Both the position numbers and the translations under genes were made by a program. DNA of 42,801 nt from Candidatus Binatia bacterium. GTDB lineage: Bacteria; Desulfobacterota; Binatia; UBA9968. The stretch is from assembly GCA_036558765.1 (NCBI GenBank), contig DATBEY010000363.1, positions 1 to 42,801 on the forward strand. Reading direction: 5' to 3'. Below are positions 26,158 to 34,907 of this stretch, in pieces. Position 1 is the stretch's first letter. Each line of letters opens with the position of its first letter. The notes beneath the pieces are model-generated. The model was not told the origin of the DNA. It saw nothing but the letters and a program-made list of their open reading frames with translations, and did not search any database.

Positions 26158-26976
26158 ATGCATGATCTATTGATTGCAACTCTCTTGGGAATTGTGGAAG
26201 GAATTACCGAATTTTTGCCGGTATCATCCACTGGGCATTTAATCATTTCCGGCCATCTGCTCGGGTTTGTCGGCGACCAGGCAGCGAGTTTTGAGGTCAT
26301 CATTCAGCTCGGTGCGATTCTTTCGGTGGTGCTGCTCTACTGGCGCCGATTCGTCGGTTTGATTCCCGCTTCTGTGAAGGCCTTTGAGGCGTCAAATCTG
26401 GAGGGCTGGTCAGGTCTTTGGCGCATCGCGCTCGCAACGTTTCCGGCCTTGGTCGTGGGCTACGGCGCACGCCATGTGATTAAGGAGCAACTGTTCAACC
26501 CGTCGGCCGTGACATTGGCTCTAGCTGTTGGCGGCATCGCCATTCTGCTCGCCGAGCGTTATGCCGCAAAGCGAAAGACCAATAGTCTCGAAAGGCTGAC
26601 GCTTCCCCAAGCCCTGGGAGTCGGTCTTTTCCAGGTGCTCGCCCTTTGGCCCGGTACATCGCGCGCCGCGGCAACCATTGTCGGCGGGATGCTGCTCGGT
26701 TTAGATCGGAAAAGCGCTGCTGAGTTTTCGTTTTTGATTGCGGTGCCCGTGATGCTGGCAGCGAGCGGCTACGAGCTGATCAAGATGCGCCATGAAATGG
26801 CGCTGCAAAACATGTTGCAGCTCGGCGTCGGTTTTGTGATTTCCTTTATAGTGGCGCTCATCACCGTTAAAGTTTTCGTCAGTTTTCTTCAGCGTGGAAA
26901 GCTTACGCCTTTTGCCTGGTATCGCATTCTCGTGGCGCCGATTTTTTATTTTTTGACGCGTGGCTTAAAATTTTGA
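26158..26976 (+). CDS. uppP: Undecaprenyl-diphosphate phosphatase
   Basis: 272 aa. EGITEFLPVSSTGHL and PGTSRAA motifs of BacA/UppP. Confidence 0.93.
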   Translation: MHDLLIATLLGIVEGITEFLPVSSTGHLIISGHLLGFVGDQAASFEVIIQLGAILSVVLLYWRRFVGLIPASVKAFEASNLEGWSGLWRIALATFPALVVGYGARHVIKEQLFNPSAVTLALAVGGIAILLAERYAAKRKTNSLERLTLPQALGVGLFQVLALWPGTSRAAATIVGGMLLGLDRKSAAEFSFLIAVPVMLAASGYELIKMRHEMALQNMLQLGVGFVISFIVALITVKVFVSFLQRGKLTPFAWYRILVAPIFYFLTRGLKF

Positions 26977-26998
26977 AGCCAGCCGTTCCACGCCGCAG

Positions 26999-27760
26999 CT
27001 AACGGTGATCGTGACGCTGCTTGATCCAGGCGAAGATCTGGTTTCGGTACAGGTAAGCAAGACCTAAAGCGGCGAGCGACACAAAGGCAAAGATCACGAA
27101 CGTGTGGTATTCCTCGTTGCGAATAGTTGCGCCCTGCATGGTGAGCAGATAGGTACCCGGGATCCGTCCGATCACCGAAACAATCAAAAAGGTGCTGAGC
27201 TTCATCCGACTCAGTCCAAGGACATAACACAGGTAGTCTTTCGGGAACCCAGGAAAAAGAAACAGCACGAAGCAGATGAAGGTGCCGGTTCTGGTGGTTA
27301 GAAAATTGAATCGTTCAAGAACTTCCCGCTTGACGAATCGTTCAACGAACGGCCGGCCGAGAATGCTTGCCAATTCGAACGCGACCCACGAGCCCAAGGA
27401 CAATCCCACCGTTGACAAGAGAAAGCCGACGGTTTCGCCGTAGACATAACCTCCGGCAACGCCCGTGAGCTCCCCGGGGAATGGCGCTGCCACGACTTGA
27501 AGAACCTGCAACAGCACAAAAACCGCAGGTGAATACGGACCAAGGCTCTGCAGAAACTTGCTGAGTTTGTCCCGATTCGAGTAGATCCCCTCGAAATCGT
27601 CGAAATCCTCGCCCGCCGGAGCGAACGCAGTGAATGGTCGCGGAATGTAGCGACTGAAGAAAAAGAGCAGCACCACCACCGCGATGAAGATGACGCCTCG
27701 AATCGCGAGTTGGCGACGCTGATTGGTCATCCCAACCTTATAACAATAAAAAAATCGCAA
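26999..27760 (-). CDS. TVP38/TMEM64-type DedA-superfamily membrane protein
   Basis: 253 aa (TTG start). Multi-TM with the SNARE-associated/DedA core pattern (PFPGELTGVAGGYVYG ... FPGFPKDYLCYVLGLS). Confidence 0.75.
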   Translation of the reverse strand: MRFFYCYKVGMTNQRRQLAIRGVIFIAVVVLLFFFSRYIPRPFTAFAPAGEDFDDFEGIYSNRDKLSKFLQSLGPYSPAVFVLLQVLQVVAAPFPGELTGVAGGYVYGETVGFLLSTVGLSLGSWVAFELASILGRPFVERFVKREVLERFNFLTTRTGTFICFVLFLFPGFPKDYLCYVLGLSRMKLSTFLIVSVIGRIPGTYLLTMQGATIRNEEYHTFVIFAFVSLAALGLAYLYRNQIFAWIKQRHDHR

Positions 27761-27860
27761 GACGAGGGAGTAACGGAAGCAAAACTAGCAAGTTCGGGAG
27801 GAGGAAACGTAACACTTTGCCGTCGTACCGAGTGGCGGCATGCGGTTGTTTGATCACACC

Positions 27861-27895
27861 AAAAAAAAGTGGCGCCGGAATCATCCAGCGCCACT
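27861..27895 (-). terminator. Rho-independent terminator after the ABC permease gene
   Basis: On the minus strand, an 8-bp stem AGTGGCGC/GCGCCACT with a 12-nt loop is followed by eight T. It sits 30 nt downstream of the stop. Confidence 0.7.
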
Positions 27896-27924
27896 TTCGC
27901 GTTCAAAACGATCTTGCGGAGCAG

Positions 27925-28767
27925 TTATTCCGCGCCGACTTTCGGACGCCACTTATCAAAGCGGGCCTCGTAACGATCGATGACATCGGTCAGTACCATA
28001 CCGCAGATCGCGAAGATCAAAACACCGACAAAAACTTTATCCGTCTGGAAAGTGGCGCCGGCGACGGTGATCATGAAACCGATACCGGCGGTGGCCGCAT
28101 ACAGTTCACCAACCATAACGCCGATCAGCGCGCGGCCAACGGCAAGACGGAGACCGGTCAATATAAAAGGAACCGTCGAGGGGAGGACAACAGACTTGAA
28201 GATCTGCCATTCGGAAGCTCCGAAACTGCGTGCCGCCGTGAGGAGATTCGCGGGCGTGGTTTTGACACCATCGCGGGTGTTGATCAAAAGCGGGAAGACG
28301 GCGCCAAGAAAAATGATTCCGACTTTCGACAGGATTCCGATACCGAGCCAGATAATAACCAGGGGCAGCAAGGCAACGCGGGGCGTGGCATTCATCGCGT
28401 TCACGAACGGGTCGCAGACGTAGGCGAATTTTTTATACCAACCGATAGCGATGCCGAAAGGAATGGCGACGACGACCGAGAGAAGATATCCCCAGACGAA
28501 CTCGATGCCGCTAACATAAAGGTCATTCCAGATTTCGCCCGATGCGAACATTTGATAGCCGGCTTTGACGATCAGCGAGGGCGCACTCATGAACATCGGG
28601 TTAATCAACTGGAAGGTATTGCCGCACAGTTCCCAAATCGTCAGGAATATGAATACAGCGATTGTGCCAAGAATCTTACGTTCTTGATTGAGATAGAACT
28701 TGTACGCGGCCGATGCTTCCGCGACTCGGATGTCTAGCAATTGTTCTTCTTGAGCAGCTTGAGCCAT
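27925..28767 (-). CDS. ABC transporter permease, NitT/TauT (nitrate/sulfonate/taurine) type
   Basis: 280 aa with 6 TM segments and the EAA-loop AARSFGASEWQIFKSVVLP. No adjacent ATPase or binding-protein gene. Confidence 0.85.
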   Translation of the reverse strand: MAQAAQEEQLLDIRVAEASAAYKFYLNQERKILGTIAVFIFLTIWELCGNTFQLINPMFMSAPSLIVKAGYQMFASGEIWNDLYVSGIEFVWGYLLSVVVAIPFGIAIGWYKKFAYVCDPFVNAMNATPRVALLPLVIIWLGIGILSKVGIIFLGAVFPLLINTRDGVKTTPANLLTAARSFGASEWQIFKSVVLPSTVPFILTGLRLAVGRALIGVMVGELYAATAGIGFMITVAGATFQTDKVFVGVLIFAICGMVLTDVIDRYEARFDKWRPKVGAE

Positions 28768-28930
28768 AAATGACCCTCCCTGTAAAAACCGGTTAATGGT
28801 CTGTTAAAGTTGCCAGCCTGCGAACCACTACCAAAAGGCTACAGGGTTGTCAACACATTTCAAGTAGGCTTTACAGAAACTTTCACGCCCGAACAAAATA
28901 GTTTTTCGCCGCCTGATCGAGGCCGTAAAC

Positions 28931-28959
28931 TTGACAATGATTAATGTATTAACTATTTT
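28931..28959 (+). promoter_or_regulatory. Sigma70-like promoter for the radical SAM cluster
   Basis: TTGACA (28931-28936), a 17-nt spacer, then TATTTT (28954-28959). The spacer holds the near-palindrome TTAATGTATTAA. SD AGGAGA lies 6 nt before the ATG at 28995. Confidence 0.5.
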
Positions 28960-28994
28960 TATCCACAATAATCTCTCCGGTACTAGGAGATCTC

Positions 28995-30476
28995 ATGAAC
29001 CTCCTGTTTGTGACACCCCCAATGGGCAACTGGGCACCGTGGGGCGAGCGGCATCTGGCTGTAAATCCGTTGTACGCGCAGGTCGCGGCCTTTATTCGCG
29101 AGAAAAGAGCCGCGGATGTTGCGGTCCTCGACTGCCGGGCGCTCGCCCTCGACGACGAGCAAATGATCGACGCGATCGAAGAGCGCCGGCCAGACGTCGT
29201 TTTTTTCGGGGCCATGATTGCGGCTGCCGGCGGAGCAGCGCAGCTTAATCGCTTTCACGCGGCAATGAAGTTGATCAAGCGATCCCGGCCGCAAACCATT
29301 ACGATTGGCGGCGGCTTGATGTACACGGCGGTGCCGCAGAAGATCATGACGGAGAACCCGCAACTCGACTTCGCTATCGTCGGCGTGTTTGGCGATAACG
29401 AGTATCCGCTCTGGGAGCTCCTCGAAGAGCTCAAGAAACCGGCGCCGAATTTTGCCGGGATCCGGGGCCTCGCCTGGCGTAAAGGGGGCGAGATTGTGCT
29501 CAATCCAGCTCGGCCAGTGATCAGCGATCTGGACGAGCTGCCGATGCCCGCCTACGATCTCTTTCCGATGGACAGGTATTATGGTTACTCGGTGATTCCC
29601 AACTACAATGAAGCGGTGACTTCGCGCGGCTGCGAAGGCGCATGCCATTTTTGCTACGAATGGTGGCTCGTCGATCCACGCAACCCGCGCGATTTCAGCT
29701 CCCACCGGACGCGCGGTGGTCGCGCGGTAGCGGAGGAGATGGAGCTGCTCAACAAAAAATATGGTGTCAAAGCTTTGACCTTCATGGATGATGACTTCAA
29801 CTCGGACCGGCAAAAAATGGTGGATTTGGTCGAAGCGCTGGAAGAAAAAAAGCTCGACGTCAGCTGGTTCTGCCTGAGCCGTGCGCAGAATCTGATCCGC
29901 GATGCCGACCTAATCCCGCGCTTGCGCAAAGTCGGACTCTATCAGGTTCTGATCGGGATCGACGGCGGCACCGACGAGGAAATCGCCGAAGCGCGCAAAG
30001 GTAACATGAAAGTCGGCGTCAAAGAACTGAGAGAGCTGATCCAATTTCTTCGTAAAAATGATATTTCAACCATCTCGACTTATTTAAACGGATTCTGGGA
30101 GGATGATGAAGCGAAGGTTCGCCAGCGCGCCAAAGCCGTGGACGAGATCGATCCGGACATCGTGATGATTCAATTGCTGAACCCAATCCCCGGCTCGCCG
30201 ATCTATAAGAAGGCGGTGAAGGAAAGTCTGATCGAAATCGACAATCTGAGCCTTTATGACCTCGAACACTGCGTGATGCCGACTAAATATCTGAGCCGCC
30301 AAGAACTCGGCGAGCTGACGGGCTGGGCTTTCCAAAACTTCTATAGTAAGCCAGGTCGGATCGATCGAATCTTGAACGGTTATAGCTCGCCCTACGTGAA
30401 GATGAAATTTCTCTCGTTCAAAAACAACGCCGCGAAATACGAAAAAGGCGCGTCGGAGGACGCCGTCGCCATCTAG
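28995..30476 (+). CDS. B12-binding-domain radical SAM enzyme (class B type)
   Basis: 493 aa. N-terminal Rossmann-like cobalamin-binding-type domain (LLFVTPP..., VVFFGAM, TITIGGG), then the CX3CX2C cluster motif SRGCEGACHFCYE. Confidence 0.85.
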   Translation: MNLLFVTPPMGNWAPWGERHLAVNPLYAQVAAFIREKRAADVAVLDCRALALDDEQMIDAIEERRPDVVFFGAMIAAAGGAAQLNRFHAAMKLIKRSRPQTITIGGGLMYTAVPQKIMTENPQLDFAIVGVFGDNEYPLWELLEELKKPAPNFAGIRGLAWRKGGEIVLNPARPVISDLDELPMPAYDLFPMDRYYGYSVIPNYNEAVTSRGCEGACHFCYEWWLVDPRNPRDFSSHRTRGGRAVAEEMELLNKKYGVKALTFMDDDFNSDRQKMVDLVEALEEKKLDVSWFCLSRAQNLIRDADLIPRLRKVGLYQVLIGIDGGTDEEIAEARKGNMKVGVKELRELIQFLRKNDISTISTYLNGFWEDDEAKVRQRAKAVDEIDPDIVMIQLLNPIPGSPIYKKAVKESLIEIDNLSLYDLEHCVMPTKYLSRQELGELTGWAFQNFYSKPGRIDRILNGYSSPYVKMKFLSFKNNAAKYEKGASEDAVAI

Positions 30477-30484
30477 CCAACCGT

Positions 30485-31264
30485 GTGACTGTGGCGGATC
30501 GTTCAAACAGCGAAGCACTGAGCGGGAAGATCGCTCTGGTAACCGGCGCAAGCCGGGGCATCGGCGCGGCGGCAGCGATTCGGCTCGCGCAGCGCGGCGC
30601 GGCCGTTGTGGTGAATTATCACCAAAACCACGCCGCGGCCCAGAAAGTTCTCGACCAGGTGAAAGCGAGCGACGCGAGAGGGATAATTTTTCAAGCCGAT
30701 ATGACCCGCGGCGAGGAAATCGAAAGAATGGTGCAGGCGGCAGAACGCGAGCTTGGCGCCATCGATATTTTGGTCAACAACGCCTACTTTCCGTTTCAGG
30801 TGGGATCTCTTCACGAGCTTACGTGGGGTGATTTTCACCGCGCAGTGGAGCACGAGCTTTCGGCTTTTTTTCATTGTGTCAGTGCGTGCTTGCCCAAAAT
30901 GAGAGAAAAAAAAGCGGGGCGGATAATTGTGATTAGCTCGCGACTGGCGCAACAGCCCCTGCCTAGGATGGGGGCTTACGCCGCTGCAAAATCGGCGCTC
31001 GAATCGATGGCGGATACGATGGCCATCGAGTTGGGACCACTTGGAATAAGCGTGAATGTCGTCACGCCTGCCTTCACCTTGACGGACGCCTCGCTGATTA
31101 TGCCCGAGGCGTATCGAGAGCGGGTCAAACAAACGCGGCCCCTCAAGAAACATCTCTACCCGGAAGATGTCGCGGGCGCGGTTGCATTTCTCGCGGGCGA
31201 CGAAGCCGCGATGCTCACCGGCAGTCATATTTTAGTTACCGGCGGCAGTCATTTGCAGCTCTAA
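30485..31264 (+). CDS. Short-chain dehydrogenase/reductase (FabG-like)
   Basis: 259 aa, GTG start. TGASRGIGAA cofactor motif, an NNAY segment at the position of the classical SDR NNAG motif, and catalytic YAAAK. Confidence 0.88.
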   Translation: MTVADRSNSEALSGKIALVTGASRGIGAAAAIRLAQRGAAVVVNYHQNHAAAQKVLDQVKASDARGIIFQADMTRGEEIERMVQAAERELGAIDILVNNAYFPFQVGSLHELTWGDFHRAVEHELSAFFHCVSACLPKMREKKAGRIIVISSRLAQQPLPRMGAYAAAKSALESMADTMAIELGPLGISVNVVTPAFTLTDASLIMPEAYRERVKQTRPLKKHLYPEDVAGAVAFLAGDEAAMLTGSHILVTGGSHLQL

Positions 31265-31338
31265 AAGATCAGGATTAACGTTCAACAGTCATCCTTCGCT
31301 CGGGCCTGCCCTTTGGCCAGCAGGCTGTTTGCAATCAC

Positions 31339-32823
31339 ATGCTGTCGCTCGACGAGATCGTTGCCGGCTTGACTGAGATCGTCGGCCCTCAACGGGTTTC
31401 CACCAATCCGATCGACAAGATCAATTACCAGCACACTCTCGCCTACGGCGCATACCGTGCACTGCCCGATGTCATTGTTCGTATCGAATCCGACAGTACC
31501 GGCCGGCATAAGGTTGCCGAGATTCTCCGTTTCGCGAACGAGCACACTATTCCGATCGTCGCCAAAGGTGGCGTTGGGATGGGCATCAGCTCGCCATTAA
31601 AAGGCGGGCTACTCCTCGACATGCTCGGCATGGATAAAATTTTGGAAGTTAACCCAACCACGCAGTATGTCATCGCCGAGGGTGGCGCGAGCGTTTATGC
31701 GATCCATGGAGCGCTCAGAAACTACGGTCTGATGCTACCGAATTTCGGAACTTACGGGCCGGCCGTAGTGATCGGCGCGATGATCAACAAGGGCGGGATC
31801 GGCTACGGTATGACCCGGTATGGCTGGATCGCAGACATGGTGCTCGGGCTGGAAGTGATTCTCGCCAACGGAGAAACTATTCGGCTCGGCGCCCTGGCCA
31901 ATGAGGGAACCACTTTTGGACCGTTTCAAAAATGGATTCATTTGCCGGATCTGCTCGGTCTTTTCACCCTCGCTGCCGGCTCCATGGGCATCATCAGCAA
32001 GGTCTGCCTCCGAGCCATTGAAGGCAAGCGCGAGTGGCTGCACGATTACTGCTATTCGTTCCGCCGCGATCAGCTGGAAGAAGCGCAGGATGCGCTGACG
32101 CAACTCGTCAAAGGCGAAATCGTTTACGATATCCATTTCACCGATCGTTGGCAGTACCACTGGCCGATGGAAGAGGGGCTTTACGACAAACGCAAAATTC
32201 CCGATGACGGCTGGTTTTTTTTAAAGACCATGCTGATGGCGCGCGCCAGCGATGAACTACAATACAAAGAAAAACGGATGCGGCAAATTTATCGTGATGC
32301 CGGCGCAGTCGACGTCCCCGAAATCGCCGAAAAGGGAATGGGCGCCAAAGCGCAAGAGCATGGGCTTCACGGCTGGCCGGATTGGCACGTAATGGGTCCG
32401 GACGGCTGGTGCGGCTCGGTGGTGCGTCACACCGGAATGTTCGCGGTTACTTCCAAGATGTACCCGCTGACCTTTCTAAAGGAGATGTACGATCTCGACG
32501 AGGCTGCCAAGCGTGAATGTGGACTTTGGGACCCGGAACATTCACCCCAGCACGATAGCTACGTGACACGTGATTTTGCCATCAAAGAAGAGTATTTCGT
32601 GTTCTACAATCCCTACGATGACGAAGATGTCGCAAAACTGCGGAAGTGGATGGGGATGGTGCAGCGATTCAGCAATGAGCGGGGCGTTGTCTGGACCGCG
32701 CCGACCTTGAGCACGAAGGGGCCGCTGCCTTATGGCAGGCTGGGCAATCTGTATGACCTCATTAAAGAAATCAAGCAACTGGTCGATCCTAACAATATTT
32801 TGAACCCCGGTGCACTCTACTAA
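31339..32823 (+). CDS. FAD-linked oxidase (PCMH/VAO-type FAD-binding domain)
   Basis: 494 aa. N-terminal FAD_binding_4-like region (IVAKGGVGMG..., VIAEGGAS) and a C-terminal LVDPNNILNPG tail typical of GlcD/VAO-family oxidases. Weak SD, so the start is uncertain. Confidence 0.75.
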   Translation: MLSLDEIVAGLTEIVGPQRVSTNPIDKINYQHTLAYGAYRALPDVIVRIESDSTGRHKVAEILRFANEHTIPIVAKGGVGMGISSPLKGGLLLDMLGMDKILEVNPTTQYVIAEGGASVYAIHGALRNYGLMLPNFGTYGPAVVIGAMINKGGIGYGMTRYGWIADMVLGLEVILANGETIRLGALANEGTTFGPFQKWIHLPDLLGLFTLAAGSMGIISKVCLRAIEGKREWLHDYCYSFRRDQLEEAQDALTQLVKGEIVYDIHFTDRWQYHWPMEEGLYDKRKIPDDGWFFLKTMLMARASDELQYKEKRMRQIYRDAGAVDVPEIAEKGMGAKAQEHGLHGWPDWHVMGPDGWCGSVVRHTGMFAVTSKMYPLTFLKEMYDLDEAAKRECGLWDPEHSPQHDSYVTRDFAIKEEYFVFYNPYDDEDVAKLRKWMGMVQRFSNERGVVWTAPTLSTKGPLPYGRLGNLYDLIKEIKQLVDPNNILNPGALY

Positions 32824-32896
32824 GTGTTTTATTCAACATTCAAGTTTAAAGAAGAGATGGTCGCGCGCAGGACGAGCGCCGACGTGAGGAGAAAAT

Positions 32897-33691
32897 ATGG
32901 GACTTGGGAGACAAGACTTTTCCGGTAAGCGAGTCGCCCCGCAGGAAGCCGACGCGGTGATCGCAGATTTGAAAAAATATTTGGCCGAAATTTCCGATCG
33001 CTGGCTCATCAGGGGGCGCTTTCACAGCGATATGGCGAATGGCAGTTTGCCGATGGAAGCAATTAAGGTCTTTTGGCAGAACTGGTACGGCTTCGTTGCC
33101 GAAATCAACAATTTTCACGGTGTCGCCTACCAGCGACACCTGCCGTTTTTCAAGCGCCACCCCGAGCTGCAAAAACATTTTGCCAATCACGTCGCCGACG
33201 AGATGATTCATCCGAAACCGCCGGGGCACATTCAGATCGTGCTCGAGCAGGGGCGTAACTTTGGACTCACGAACGACGAAATGATCGATTACGAAATGCT
33301 GCCGGAGTGCCGGGCCTTTCTCGAGTATTATCGGGGTGTGCTCTATGAAGGCACGATGATCGAATGGTGGGCGTCGTTCTGCGTCGAGGAAGCAGTTGGT
33401 CACTGGGCCAAGTTCTTCGGCGGCGCGCTACGAAAAAATTATAAAATCCCGGAAGAGAAGATCGTCTACTTCCGGATGCATGCCGAAGCCGATCTCGAAG
33501 AGCACGACGGTGTCATGGCCCATGCGGATCTCGATTGGACGGTGCTCAAAAAAATGCTCGAAGAAGGAAAGGCGGAGACGCGACCGGGGTTCAATTTGGA
33601 ATACTGTTTGCGCACAGGCACGGCATATTTTGCCTGGTTTTTTGAGGGGGTTTACCAATACGTGAAAAAAGAAGGTTTGTATAAAGTGTAA
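32897..33691 (+). CDS. Heme-oxygenase-like fold, iron-containing redox enzyme family (PqqC/TenA/CADD-like HDO)
   Basis: 264 aa, all-helical composition. Candidate carboxylate/His ligand motifs are HVADEMIH, CVEEAVGH and HAEADLEEH. Good SD GAGGAG. Confidence 0.55.
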   Translation: MGLGRQDFSGKRVAPQEADAVIADLKKYLAEISDRWLIRGRFHSDMANGSLPMEAIKVFWQNWYGFVAEINNFHGVAYQRHLPFFKRHPELQKHFANHVADEMIHPKPPGHIQIVLEQGRNFGLTNDEMIDYEMLPECRAFLEYYRGVLYEGTMIEWWASFCVEEAVGHWAKFFGGALRKNYKIPEEKIVYFRMHAEADLEEHDGVMAHADLDWTVLKKMLEEGKAETRPGFNLEYCLRTGTAYFAWFFEGVYQYVKKEGLYKV

Positions 33692-33692
33692 C

Positions 33693-34721
33693 ATGACCGT
33701 AAACGAAAACCGGCAGGAGCTTTCGCCGCGGCCGCTGATGCGAATCCTTGGCGATTTCGCCAATAGCCAGATCCTCGACGCTTCCATCGAATATGATTTC
33801 TTCAGCCTGATTCACGGTGGCAATCACTCTGCTGACGAAATCGCGCGCGCGGCAGGCACGGATCCGCGCGCGACCCGCATTGTCCTCGATAGCTTGCCTG
33901 CCCTGGGAGTGGTGCAAAAACGCGATGGCGGATATTTTCTCACGCCGATGGCGGATGCATTTCTGGTTAAAGGCAAACCGTCCTACGTCGGCGACTTTCG
34001 TCATGTCGCCTTGGCGCTCTGGGACGGCATGGCGCATCTCAAGGAGTCGCTCAAAACCGGTAAGCCGCTGAGCCGCATGGACCCCGGCGCCGAGCTAAAA
34101 GTCTGGGAAAAGCTCGTGCTCGGGATTATCGTCATCGCCGAACCTGCCGCCAAAGCGCTCTGCGATCTTTTGAAAATCGGCATCGACAAAAAAGGACTCA
34201 AGGTGCTCGATATCGCCGGCGGCTCGAGCATTTTCGGGATGACGATTTTGACCCGCGACTGGACCGCTGAAGTAACGCAGCTCGACTGGCCCAATGTAAA
34301 CGCGGTCGCGAGAAAAGCTAACCAAGCGCGCGGGCTCGAAGGCAAGATCCGCTTCATCGACGGCGAACATCATACGGCGCTCATCGAAACGAATCATTAC
34401 GATTTAGTGCTTGCCAGCAATTTTTGCCGCTTCGAATCACCGCAGGGAAATCAAAAACTATTCGCGAAAGCGCACTCGGCGCTCAAGGCGGGCGGAATTC
34501 TTGTCGTCAATGACTTTGTGCCCAACGAAGAGCGCACGGAGCCGACGTTTGCTTTGCGTTTTTCGGTGTACACCTTGACCCACACGCCCCAAGGCGAGTG
34601 TTGGACGCTCTCTCAATATGCCGATTGGTTGGAAGAGACCGGCTTCCGTTCGATCGAAACTTATGGGGACATTCCGAACACGCTACCGGGAACGACGCTG
34701 ATCCTGGCAAAAAAAACTTAA
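33693..34721 (+). CDS. SAM-dependent O-methyltransferase, family 2 (with N-terminal winged-helix dimerisation domain)
   Basis: 342 aa. SAM motif VLDIAGGSSIFG and acidic-loop FIDGEH. N-terminal region of about 100 aa is typical of Methyltransf_2 enzymes. The ATG is 1 nt after the upstream stop. Confidence 0.8.
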   Translation: MTVNENRQELSPRPLMRILGDFANSQILDASIEYDFFSLIHGGNHSADEIARAAGTDPRATRIVLDSLPALGVVQKRDGGYFLTPMADAFLVKGKPSYVGDFRHVALALWDGMAHLKESLKTGKPLSRMDPGAELKVWEKLVLGIIVIAEPAAKALCDLLKIGIDKKGLKVLDIAGGSSIFGMTILTRDWTAEVTQLDWPNVNAVARKANQARGLEGKIRFIDGEHHTALIETNHYDLVLASNFCRFESPQGNQKLFAKAHSALKAGGILVVNDFVPNEERTEPTFALRFSVYTLTHTPQGECWTLSQYADWLEETGFRSIETYGDIPNTLPGTTLILAKKT

Positions 34722-34907
34722 CCAACTCTGTGGAAGAAAGAAGCCCTCGATACGGCCCTGCGCGCCTACTCGGGCATTCGGGAATTTTATCGTATATTGC
34801 CGAGAGGCAGAATTAAGGCGAATGCTAGAGGAAACTTCTACTTCTATAGTTCAGATGACCAACAGCTTGCTTTGGTGGTACCGAGTTATGTTGGCGGAGG
34901 AGTTCAG

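Noticed and set aside
27817-28737. 306-aa plus-strand ORF
   Set aside because: It is antisense to the ABC permease, which has an intact EAA loop and a TM pattern. The translation is a highly charged, Asp/Arg/Gly-rich low-complexity sequence.
28768-28994. RiPP precursor peptide or cobalamin riboswitch upstream of the B12-radical SAM gene
   Set aside because: There is no credible short ORF with an SD on the plus strand. I could not see a B12-box-like conserved core. The region is better explained by two divergent promoters.
28983-29813. 276-aa minus-strand ORF, and the 105-aa plus-strand ORF at 28931
   Set aside because: Both overlap the radical SAM gene in other frames. The radical SAM frame has a good SD, the CX3CX2C motif and a coherent domain order. 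The alternatives are Arg-rich noise.
30503-31228. 241-aa minus-strand ORF
   Set aside because: It is antisense to the SDR gene, which shows TGASRGIG and YAAAK motifs.
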